Source of the DNA: Candidatus Micrarchaeia archaeon
GTDB lineage: Archaea > Micrarchaeota > Micrarchaeia > CAILAH01
NCBI GenBank assembly: GCA_049970015.1
Contig: JBMFNT010000001.1
Location: 1-38,550 of the forward strand
Direction of reading: 5' to 3'
DNA: 38,550 nt
Both the position numbers and the translations under genes were made by a program. Positions 27,301-35,254 of this stretch are shown piece after piece (position 1 is the stretch's first letter; every line of letters starts with the position of its first letter). Under the pieces are notes generated by a model. That model saw only the letters and a list, made by a program, of their open reading frames with translations, did not search any database and was not told where the DNA came from.

Positions 27301-28861
27301 CTAACTCAACCTCCGTGCTTTCACCACGCACCCCCAACTTCTTATAGTCGGCTTCAGTGAATATATTTATGATAACACTATCCTCTACACCAAGGTCTTT
27401 TAGGAACCCAGTAATGTCACCCCTTTCAACACCATACCTCTCAAGCATTATGACAAAGTCAACAACATCCATATGCCTATTCAATTTGTCAAATGTTGAA
27501 GTAATCTCCTCCACCTTATCATCAGCAAGGCCGAACAACCTCAGCTTTCTTCGTAATTCATCACGTTCGAACGAAAGTGTCTTACCCATAATCTCCTCCC
27601 CTCCAACAAGTTTTGGCTCAACATCAAGGAAGTACTCAACCACCGGCTCCTCCCCTTCAATCCTCGAAAGTATGAAAGTTTCAGGGTATGGAGTGCTTGT
27701 TTGCAGCGCCATGTTTACGGCGGCCTGCCCAACACCAAGTTTTGCAATCTGTTTTCTCATATATTCGCTAAAGTTAAGTGTATTCTGCAAGTAATCCAGA
27801 AACTTTTCAAACTTGACACGTAATATGAATGTTGTTCCAACATTTGAGAATATTGCTTCGCTTATATCAGTAGGGTTTTGTGATGCAACCAATAACGCAA
27901 ACTGGTATTTCCTACCTTCCCTCACAATCATAACAGCATCGCTATTTTCATCCTTTGCAATCTTCCAGGCCTCATCAAGCACTATTATGAGTCGTATCCC
28001 CTTCTCCTTTGCCCATCCCGCGGCGCGCATTTTCTCCTTTATGAACTGCAGTATTGAAAGCGCGGCAAGCGCCCTCATCGTCTCATCAGGTAATCCGGAC
28101 AGGTCGAGGTCAACAAGACCTGAGGAGATTAGTTCATCCAGCTTGATTGTGCTTTGTTCTGCAAAGAAATCCTCACCTTCCCTAGTAAACTTTTTTATTC
28201 TGTAGATTGCATTCTCCAGCTCAACCGGGAACTCATAAGTCCCCGAGCTAAGCTTGTCCTCAAGTATCCTCACAACATCCTTGAGTGTTGGCGGCACCAG
28301 TAGATTACCCAGAGCATCTTTCTGGTTTTTTTCTGATAACCTGAATCCCTTATCAACATATGCTTTTTCGATTGCCTCTTCACTCAGCCTTTTTTGTTCC
28401 GGGTAGTTCCCAATGTCAGTCAGTATTTCAAGGCTCCTTATAACTTGCTTGATCCTATCAAGTGGTCTCATGCCTGCAAGGTCAAGCAGGTTCAAATAAG
28501 ATCCTTTCCCAAGCGAAAGTATTTTTCCACCAGTCTGTTTTACCCATTCCCTATACTCTCCTGCCCAGTCTATTATGAGTGCATTGCTCTTCCACACGAA
28601 AGATGCACGCGTTAGAAAGGTTTTGATGAAATACGATTTACCTGCACCTGTTATACCAACAACTGCAATATGTGGATTTGTTACAGTCTCATAGCTCCAG
28701 TGGAATGGCTCATTGAACACTGCCGTTCTTCCAATATATATTGAGTTTTTTGGGTTTCCAACAATAAGCTCGGCTGGAGGCTCTGGAGGCCTTGTTATAA
28801 TTCCTCTGCTTGCGACATCAGAGCTGTACAGCTTCTTGTTTTTTACCTTTATTACACCCAT
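27293..28861 (-). CDS. VirB4/HerA-FtsK superfamily ATPase (VirB4 C-terminal-domain/CedB-like)
   Basis: NPHIAVVGITGAGKS (Walker A), IIDWAGEY, IIVLDEAW (Walker B), REGRKY (Arg finger), ASQNPTD; ATG 28861 has a GGTGA SD. Confidence 0.9.
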   Translation of the reverse strand: MGVIKVKNKKLYSSDVASRGIITRPPEPPAELIVGNPKNSIYIGRTAVFNEPFHWSYETVTNPHIAVVGITGAGKSYFIKTFLTRASFVWKSNALIIDWAGEYREWVKQTGGKILSLGKGSYLNLLDLAGMRPLDRIKQVIRSLEILTDIGNYPEQKRLSEEAIEKAYVDKGFRLSEKNQKDALGNLLVPPTLKDVVRILEDKLSSGTYEFPVELENAIYRIKKFTREGEDFFAEQSTIKLDELISSGLVDLDLSGLPDETMRALAALSILQFIKEKMRAAGWAKEKGIRLIIVLDEAWKIAKDENSDAVMIVREGRKYQFALLVASQNPTDISEAIFSNVGTTFILRVKFEKFLDYLQNTLNFSEYMRKQIAKLGVGQAAVNMALQTSTPYPETFILSRIEGEEPVVEYFLDVEPKLVGGEEIMGKTLSFERDELRRKLRLFGLADDKVEEITSTFDKLNRHMDVVDFVIMLERYGVERGDITGFLKDLGVEDSVIINIFTEADYKKLGVRGESTEVELGG

Positions 28862-28865
28862 GCAT

Positions 28866-29669
28866 TCACCCGGTAAGTTCAATCAGTTCATCATAGCTGG
28901 TTGGGATTACAAACTCCCAATCCAGACACATCTCAGCATCTTCACCTACAAGGTCTATAACCTCTACATTAAGGTTGTTTGAGAGGACAGCTTTTATCTC
29001 GCGTGCCTGGGACAATGCCTTGTCGCGCGCCTCCTGAGGTGTAATTCCTTTGGCAAAAGTGGCTGCATACATGACCGCTCCAATAGGTTTTACACCACCT
29101 GCAAGCCTTTTGAGGAGATTTTCATAAACATCCTTCTCTTTCTGCCACCTATCTATTTTTATGACATCTGGCTCAGCTTTCTCCATCTCCCTTTTAATCC
29201 TTAGACTATATTCATACACCTTTGCTTGCACACTTTCCCTGTATGCGCTCACATCCTTTGTTGACATGAGCAAGCTTATTTTGGCAGGCACATTCATCGA
29301 TGCTATAGCATTCTCAAAATCCTGCAGGTATACATCCATCCTTTCTTCCCCCCTCCCTGATACCTCCTCACGCTCAGGTATGTTCATAAGCAGGTATTTT
29401 GCAGCAATGTATTTGTTCCCAATTTTTTTGATTATTACATCTTGCCCTGGTGGAAAAACATACTCCCCTTTCTTATAAGTAATATTGAAGATTCTTGTAA
29501 TAAGCGGTGTTATGAGGTATCCTATGTAAATGAATGCCCCCACAATACCTGCCATGATGACTGCTAGCACAAACAATGGTATGCCCGCATGAAATGATAT
29601 GTATAATGCAACAAGTACCACGAACGCAACTCCTACAATCATATACAGCTTTGGGATACGTTTTTGCAT
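28866..29669 (-). CDS. Membrane-anchored protein, paralog of 29676-30440, resembling a VirB4 N-terminal domain
   Basis: Two N-terminal TMs, coiled coil, KPIGAVMYAATFAKG...AREIKAVL...CLDWE. Confidence 0.8.
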   Translation of the reverse strand: MQKRIPKLYMIVGVAFVVLVALYISFHAGIPLFVLAVIMAGIVGAFIYIGYLITPLITRIFNITYKKGEYVFPPGQDVIIKKIGNKYIAAKYLLMNIPEREEVSGRGEERMDVYLQDFENAIASMNVPAKISLLMSTKDVSAYRESVQAKVYEYSLRIKREMEKAEPDVIKIDRWQKEKDVYENLLKRLAGGVKPIGAVMYAATFAKGITPQEARDKALSQAREIKAVLSNNLNVEVIDLVGEDAEMCLDWEFVIPTSYDELIELTG

Positions 29670-29675
29670 ATGTGT

Positions 29676-30440
29676 TCACCATTCAGGAGACATTGCCTCC
29701 CATTCATAGCACATGCGCATTCTGTTATGCGCAAGTTCATCTACCCTCAATGACATCCCGCTTGTGAATGTTGCCTTGATTTCCTTTGCCTTAACACGGG
29801 CTGCACTAAGCGCAGAATCTTTCGTTGCACCTTTTGCAGATACTGAAACTATATATGCCACTGCCATAGGTTTGCCTGTTCCTTTATACAAAGACTCCAA
29901 CCTTCTTTCCCACATCAGCTTTTCCCTTTCAAGGACTTCTATTTCTCTCTCATCAACCTTCTTTTTTTGTCTCTCAGTTGCAATTGCATTCTCAACCTCT
30001 GCTTTCTTCTCCTCTATGTTTTCAATATACTTACGCATATCTCTCTCATATATTATTGCACACAGCTTTATTGGATCTCTTATACTGGAGATAGTACGTT
30101 CAAAGTATCGTGCATACTCCTTTATCTCATCATCACTCTTGTTAGTCATTGTTTCATACACATCAAGATTCAGAAATACTGTGGCTATGTAATCCTCGCC
30201 TTCCTTCTTTATCAGCGCATCCTCGCTTGCTGGCAACTCGTACTTGTAATCAACATAAATATCTTTCTTGAACTGGGTCAGGAATGGCACATATATATTT
30301 CCCCATGCATAGAACAGGTATGATACTCCTGCAAGCACTATTGCGATAAGAGCAATTGGAGCAAACTGGCTTGCAAACAAGAGAAGTACAAAGCTTGCTC
30401 CAAGCGTACCATATGCGAGCATTTCATTAAAATCCATCAT
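29676..30440 (-). CDS. Membrane-anchored protein, paralog of 28866-29669, resembling a VirB4 N-terminal domain
   Basis: Two N-terminal TMs, coiled coil, KPMAVAYIVSVSAKG...AKEIKATF...CYEWE. Confidence 0.8.
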   Translation of the reverse strand: MMDFNEMLAYGTLGASFVLLLFASQFAPIALIAIVLAGVSYLFYAWGNIYVPFLTQFKKDIYVDYKYELPASEDALIKKEGEDYIATVFLNLDVYETMTNKSDDEIKEYARYFERTISSIRDPIKLCAIIYERDMRKYIENIEEKKAEVENAIATERQKKKVDEREIEVLEREKLMWERRLESLYKGTGKPMAVAYIVSVSAKGATKDSALSAARVKAKEIKATFTSGMSLRVDELAHNRMRMCYEWEAMSPEW

Positions 30441-30775
30441 ATCATCTCTTCACAAGTATATGGATATGTTTCAAGGTCAAAATTGAATGCATCTGCAACT
30501 ATATGGACAATTGCAGGAGCGCTCGCAGCAATGATTAAGCCAAGTATTGCACCTATCACCATAGTAGTTGCCCATACAGTTGCTCTTGAGCGCATCTCAG
30601 CACCGAGTACCTGGCCTGCAGCATAAACGAGCCCACCAAAAACAATGAGTATGAATGCGATTATTGGCATCATGCCTCTCGCTTGATAGCATAGGTTGTT
30701 TATCGTTTCACCTACACCCGCGCTTACTATAGCACTCAATGCAAGCACAAGGACAAGTATATTAACAAGTTTCAT
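30437..30775 (-). CDS. TrbC/VirB2-like pilin (112 aa)
   Basis: Signal peptide (MKLVNILVLVLALSAIVSA), then two hydrophobic helices separated by a short charged loop (GAEMRSRA); start moved to ATG 30775 with GGTGG SD and TTTTTAAA box. Confidence 0.72.
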   Translation of the reverse strand: MKLVNILVLVLALSAIVSAGVGETINNLCYQARGMMPIIAFILIVFGGLVYAAGQVLGAEMRSRATVWATTMVIGAILGLIIAASAPAIVHIVADAFNFDLETYPYTCEEMI

Positions 30776-30890
30776 GTTTCCACCGGTTCTAATATCTACA
30801 ATAACATTTAAAAAATCCACACCAGTATTGTTTGGCCTTATTTTGGTAATGCACTTAATCATATTAAAACTTGCCATACAAAAGTTAGCT

Positions 30891-31268
30891 ATGCCTTCTA
30901 TACGGTATGAAAAGGCCCCAGATGTTGAGCGAATGCTGTATTCAGTAATGGAAAAATACAGGGATGAGTTCCCACACATAAATGAGTTTCGCGTGCTTTG
31001 TGTTCGCTCGTACAATAGTTCAGCACATGCATATGCACGGATATGGAGCATGCCACAGGCGTGGAAAACAGCACTTGACATAGATACATTTTATGTACTA
31101 GAAGTACTGCATGAAAATTTTGACCATCTTCCTGAACATGAAAAGGAAAAGACGCTTCTTCACGAACTGTTACATATACCAAGAACATTCAGCGGTGCAC
31201 TGCTGCCTCATGTGTACGGAAAAGGCCAGAAGCATATAGAAGAAAAAGTAAGAAGAATTTTTAAGTGA
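30891..31268 (+). CDS. Predicted zinc metallopeptidase (small HExxH family)
   Basis: AYARIW, YVLEVLHENFD, TLLHELLHIP; start moved to ATG 30891. Confidence 0.85.
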   Translation: MPSIRYEKAPDVERMLYSVMEKYRDEFPHINEFRVLCVRSYNSSAHAYARIWSMPQAWKTALDIDTFYVLEVLHENFDHLPEHEKEKTLLHELLHIPRTFSGALLPHVYGKGQKHIEEKVRRIFK

Positions 31269-31348
31269 ATTTCTTCACCAACTAACCTTAATTTTTGTAG
31301 CTTGTGTTTATTCCAAAAAAGTAATGTGAAAACTCAAAATAAAACCCC

Positions 31349-31672
31349 TCAATGACCACCTGCTTTTTTGAGCAATTCCACAACATCTTTATGACCATTC
31401 TCGGCTGCATACCTTAGTGCGGTCAGGCCCAAAATATCCTTTGCATTCACATCAGCACCTTTCTCTAAAAGCAATTTTACAATTTCTGTACGGCCATCAC
31501 GGGCTGCATACATTAGCGCCTTATTTGTTGCACAATTAGTTGTAAGCATTATAGATGCAGAGAGTAGAGTAATTCCAGCAATTCTTTTAATCTCTCTAAG
31601 TATTTTTGACTTTTTAGCATCATCCTTTTTCAAGGATTCCACATTAGCCAGTGGTTTATTTTGGATATCCAT
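31349..31672 (-). CDS. Short ankyrin-repeat protein with N-terminal membrane/lipoprotein-like anchor
   Basis: ALMYAARDGRTEIVKLLLEKGADVNAKDILGLTALRYAAENGHKDVVELL; IAGITLLSASIMLTTNC. Confidence 0.88.
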   Translation of the reverse strand: MDIQNKPLANVESLKKDDAKKSKILREIKRIAGITLLSASIMLTTNCATNKALMYAARDGRTEIVKLLLEKGADVNAKDILGLTALRYAAENGHKDVVELLKKAGGH

Positions 31673-31830
31673 ATACAACCACCTTTTCAGACAAATGATA
31701 TTATGTATTGCTTTCTATATAAATGTTTTCTCTACTTATTCATACTGGTATAGTAAACCTTTCTCCGGAGCATCAAACACAAACATCTTAAACAGGACTG
31801 GCCGGTCATAAAGTGGAAATATCTAGAAAC

Positions 31831-32124
31831 CTAAAGAAGCGATTTAATTGTGCCCGAGCTTGATATCAGTTTTATCCTATAATTTTTCCCATACATAAAA
31901 ATAAGTGCAGAGCGCAGCCTCTCAAACCCTTCTTTGCTACACTTGATTATTCCAGTATTTGTGTTTTGGTCATATGATACTAGTTTAATGTATGGCATGT
32001 TAATAAGGCCAACCATGGCCATAACCTCTGCCCGTAACCATTTCTCCAGGTCAGACCTGTGTTCCCCTTCATACATAAAGTGTATATACCTGTACCTGTC
32101 CCTTACAGTTTTTTTCATAACCAT
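31831..32124 (-). CDS. pop5: RNase P protein Pop5/Rpp14
   Basis: RDRYRYIHF, GIIKC, SSGTIKSL; follows rpp30. Confidence 0.88.
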   Translation of the reverse strand: MVMKKTVRDRYRYIHFMYEGEHRSDLEKWLRAEVMAMVGLINMPYIKLVSYDQNTNTGIIKCSKEGFERLRSALIFMYGKNYRIKLISSSGTIKSLL

Positions 32125-32603
32125 TTTTTTTCCCTCAGTATGCTTTGTGCTGTTGTGCTCATGGAATGCAACACCTGTCTCTGTGTAAACCCAAGCAGCT
32201 CGCCTGCAAATGCCATCTCTTTTGGAGATTTAACCTCGAAAATGTTTTCAGCTCCAGATGTGAATACATAAGGAACGTTGTATGCAAGCAGTGCACTACA
32301 AAAAGATCTTACCCTGTGCATTCTTCCTTTCATCATTGCTTGTTTTATGTAATTCAAGTTAAGCTCAACCGCCCCTCCACGCATTTTAGCAAACATTTCA
32401 ATATCTGGCAAGTAGTCTTGCACGAAAACCAAATCATACTTTTTTGGCAGTTTTGAGTCCTTGCTGTATACAGCAATGTTTATTCTATCATCATTATAAC
32501 TACTGTTTACACCCATCATATTTGGAATAAATACTTTTGTATACCCCTCCCGTGTATACTCTCTCCATTCAAAATTGACATGCAGATCAAAGTATTGTCT
32601 CAT
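32115..32603 (-). CDS. rpp30: RNase P protein Rpp30 (shortened)
   Basis: YFDLHV, AVELNL, VPYVFTSGAENIFEVKSPKEM; conserved rpl15e-rpp30-pop5 order. Confidence 0.85.
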   Translation of the reverse strand: MRQYFDLHVNFEWREYTREGYTKVFIPNMMGVNSSYNDDRINIAVYSKDSKLPKKYDLVFVQDYLPDIEMFAKMRGGAVELNLNYIKQAMMKGRMHRVRSFCSALLAYNVPYVFTSGAENIFEVKSPKEMAFAGELLGFTQRQVLHSMSTTAQSILREKKWL

Positions 32604-33121
32604 TGCTTAGGCCTTCTCAGTCCTTTATATAACAATCCCCTTGCTTTCCTTCCAGCACTTGTCAGTCCCCTGTACGCCCTCCCTTTAATATTCTTTGCTG
32701 CAGTTTCAACCTCTTTCCTGTGTGGGTCAACAAGTATAACCTCAAAATACTTGTTCATGCCATCATCCCCAACCCAGTAGGAATTTAGCACTTCGAGGTT
32801 GATGTATTTTCTGGAAGCCCTTTGCTCTGCGATTGCCTGGTCAGAAAGCCGTGCTGAGAAAAACCTTCCCATGTGTGATGGCTTCCTTCCCCTATCCGGC
32901 TTTGGCACCTTACGCAGTCCTTTCCTTATTCTTACACGCACAACAACATACCCTTTCTTTGCTTTGTACCCCAGGTTTCGTGCCCTGCTCAAATTGAGTG
33001 GCTTTTCCACGCGTGTTATTGCCGGGCCATTGCGCCACTCAGTCAGCCGTCTTCTGTACAAATCAGACCTTTCCTTATACTCTTTCTGGAAAGCCTCAGT
33101 CAAATATTTGTAAAACCCCAT
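32600..33121 (-). CDS. rpl15e: 50S ribosomal protein L15e (eL15)
   Basis: MGFYKY, RARNLGYKAKKGYVVVRVR, LEVLNSYWVGDDG, FEVILVDP, RGLTSAGRK. Confidence 0.97.
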   Translation of the reverse strand: MGFYKYLTEAFQKEYKERSDLYRRRLTEWRNGPAITRVEKPLNLSRARNLGYKAKKGYVVVRVRIRKGLRKVPKPDRGRKPSHMGRFFSARLSDQAIAEQRASRKYINLEVLNSYWVGDDGMNKYFEVILVDPHRKEVETAAKNIKGRAYRGLTSAGRKARGLLYKGLRRPKQ

Positions 33122-33271
33122 TTTCTCACCTTATAGTTCAGGCTTTATGCCCACATCCGCTACATTTCAAAAAGGTAAGTTTTTTATTTGTATAGTATTT
33201 TTGCGAGATACGCTAAGTTAGACTTATGCAAATTAATAATGTTTTTAAACGATGAGTAACAGAAGAAGATT

Positions 33272-34000
33272 ATGGTATTGAGTAAGAAATTGGTAGCAGA
33301 AGGTGTACGTGCTAAAGGTATGCGCACCAAAGAATTTGCAAAGAAATTGCTGGTGGCATTTATTACAAACATTGCAACTTCTTGTCTTGATCCGAGTTAT
33401 GGGACAAAGGTGTTGGATGACTCTTGCAATCCTCCAGCATATGTAAAAGTTGTGAAAGAAGAGAATAATGAAAAATATAGCGAGGTTAGTAAGAGTATAA
33501 GTGCAGTTGGTGAATCTATATTGCTCAGGTGTGGTGTAAAAGCGAGCATAATGGAAATAGATGTAGGGGCAAACCAGGTAGTCACATCCATTTCAATCAA
33601 AAATGAAGATGTTTCTTTAAATGCAGTTGATGGCCAATATATAGAATGCAGTTCGGAATACTGGAAAAGCTCTGTTGTATTTGAAAGAACTGGAAAAAGA
33701 ATCTCAACCTTATTGGTGTACTATGATGGAAATACAAAAGAAATAAATGAAGGTGAAACAATACAACTTAAAGAGAGAATAATGTACAAGGATTGGGAAA
33801 TTACATCTGTAGATTTCGTGAGAGGGCTTTTTACAAAAGATAACCACCTAGTTATCCATTTCAACTTAAACAGCAGCAAAGGTAATCCAATAAAAATATT
33901 TATGAGTGCTCCAATCGAGAACATCTATACTAATGCTGGCTTGAAAATAGAGTATACTCCTATAGTTATACAAGGCATTGCTCTGTGTGCACAGCATTGA
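33272..34000 (+). CDS. Hypothetical exported/lipoprotein-like protein
   Basis: Basic N-terminus, LLVAFITNIATSC, beta-rich remainder. Confidence 0.7.
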   Translation: MVLSKKLVAEGVRAKGMRTKEFAKKLLVAFITNIATSCLDPSYGTKVLDDSCNPPAYVKVVKEENNEKYSEVSKSISAVGESILLRCGVKASIMEIDVGANQVVTSISIKNEDVSLNAVDGQYIECSSEYWKSSVVFERTGKRISTLLVYYDGNTKEINEGETIQLKERIMYKDWEITSVDFVRGLFTKDNHLVIHFNLNSSKGNPIKIFMSAPIENIYTNAGLKIEYTPIVIQGIALCAQH

Positions 34001-34018
34001 TGGTGAGTGTTTTTAGGC

Positions 34019-34942
34019 TCACACACTTATACTCTCGTATATCTCACCATCTAGCTGTTTTAGTGATATTGTTGTGCCATCTGAGCCTTCAACCAGAAAC
34101 TCCGGCTTTTGCTCGTTCATCTGCTCGTAGTACATCTCAAGCACTCCTGCAATGTTTACCATAACTTTATCCACGCTAGAATCCTTGAATATGAGCTTGA
34201 GTACCTTGCTTGCATACCCACTCTCCTCACCGTCTACTGACATTATCTCTCTCAGCACGCGCGATGTCTCGCTTGCAACATTTTCAATCTCTGGGTAGAC
34301 AATCAGTGGGTTCCACTGGCCAGCAAAGATCCCATATAGCACAGGCATTGAGAGGAACATATCCTTTTCAGACTTTGGCAGGCCACCATGTTTCTTCCCT
34401 TTGTTTTTTGCTATCTGCACACTGCTTTCAAGCTGTACTATTATACCCTTGTTTACAAGGTCTTGCAGTCGCACATCTATCTCATCCTTATCAAATATAA
34501 GAGTCTTCTTGTATAATGGGATGTTTCCTACATACTTGATCAGCCTTTTTTCTGAGTATCTCTCACTAAAGTAATTCATGAGGTCTTTGTAAGTGAATGT
34601 AGCATTCAGTTTCAAGAAGTTTGAGAATGCATTGTCAAGCACATCAGCATTCTCGAGCTGCATAAACCTTGCAATTGAAGGCTGCAATGAGGCATTTATG
34701 TTGAGCATAATGTCCTCATAGCACTGAAGCGTGTTGTAAATGTTCGTTGCCCTCTCGGCAAACTCTTCCAGATCCGTTGCAGGCAGGCTTTTGGATTGCT
34801 CATGCAAGCTTCTTCTAAGTGCAGCATATGCCTGCGTGAAAACCCCAAGCGCGACAGTATCGAGCACCTGCTGCTCATCTTCTCTTAATGCCATCCTTAA
34901 TTCATTATATACCTCCATATCCTCGCACTTGAACCGTGCCAT
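34019..34942 (-). CDS. Hypothetical protein (possible internal winged helix)
   Basis: 307-aa ORF with GGTGA SD; EIDVRLQDLVNKGII resembles a wHTH recognition helix/wing. Confidence 0.75.
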   Translation of the reverse strand: MARFKCEDMEVYNELRMALREDEQQVLDTVALGVFTQAYAALRRSLHEQSKSLPATDLEEFAERATNIYNTLQCYEDIMLNINASLQPSIARFMQLENADVLDNAFSNFLKLNATFTYKDLMNYFSERYSEKRLIKYVGNIPLYKKTLIFDKDEIDVRLQDLVNKGIIVQLESSVQIAKNKGKKHGGLPKSEKDMFLSMPVLYGIFAGQWNPLIVYPEIENVASETSRVLREIMSVDGEESGYASKVLKLIFKDSSVDKVMVNIAGVLEMYYEQMNEQKPEFLVEGSDGTTISLKQLDGEIYESISV

Positions 34943-35032
34943 CTCATCACCAGCATATGTTGAAAAGTGTACAAATAAAAACTATTTTGGTGCAAAGAAA
35001 AGTATATATACTTGTAAGATGAATAAACACTC

Positions 35033-35203
35033 ATGAGAGACAAGCCTATCATCATAGTACCTGTCAAGGACAGGGACAAGAAGAACAAACTAGATCTACA
35101 AGTACCCATAGAGCTTATAATCGAGTGGATACGCAAGAAGGATAGGTTTGAAAGGGAAGATAGAGAAAGGCGGAGAATATTCCCAAATGAAAGTGTAAAA
35201 TAA
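35033..35203 (+). CDS. Small charged hypothetical protein (56 aa; below the ORF-track cutoff)
   Basis: MRDKPIIIVPVKDRDKKNKLDLQVPIELIIEWIRKKDRFEREDRERRRIFPNESVK; GAAAAG-TATATATA ~22 nt upstream fits a leaderless transcript. Confidence 0.65.
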   Translation: MRDKPIIIVPVKDRDKKNKLDLQVPIELIIEWIRKKDRFEREDRERRRIFPNESVK

Positions 35204-35254
35204 TTTAAATTTACACCCCTTTATCTTTCTATTAACTATGGAAAGGTGTTATAA

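Noticed and set aside
27293..28861. HerA-NurA repair helicase or HerA-based defence system
   Set aside because: No NurA/Mre11/Rad50, Sir2 or nuclease neighbours and no HAS barrel; context is pilin plus membrane proteins
30696..31081. Long overlapping versions of the pilin (214 aa) and metallopeptidase (190 aa) ORFs
   Set aside because: Mutual antisense read-through over a divergent promoter region; starts at 30775 and 30891 remove the overlap
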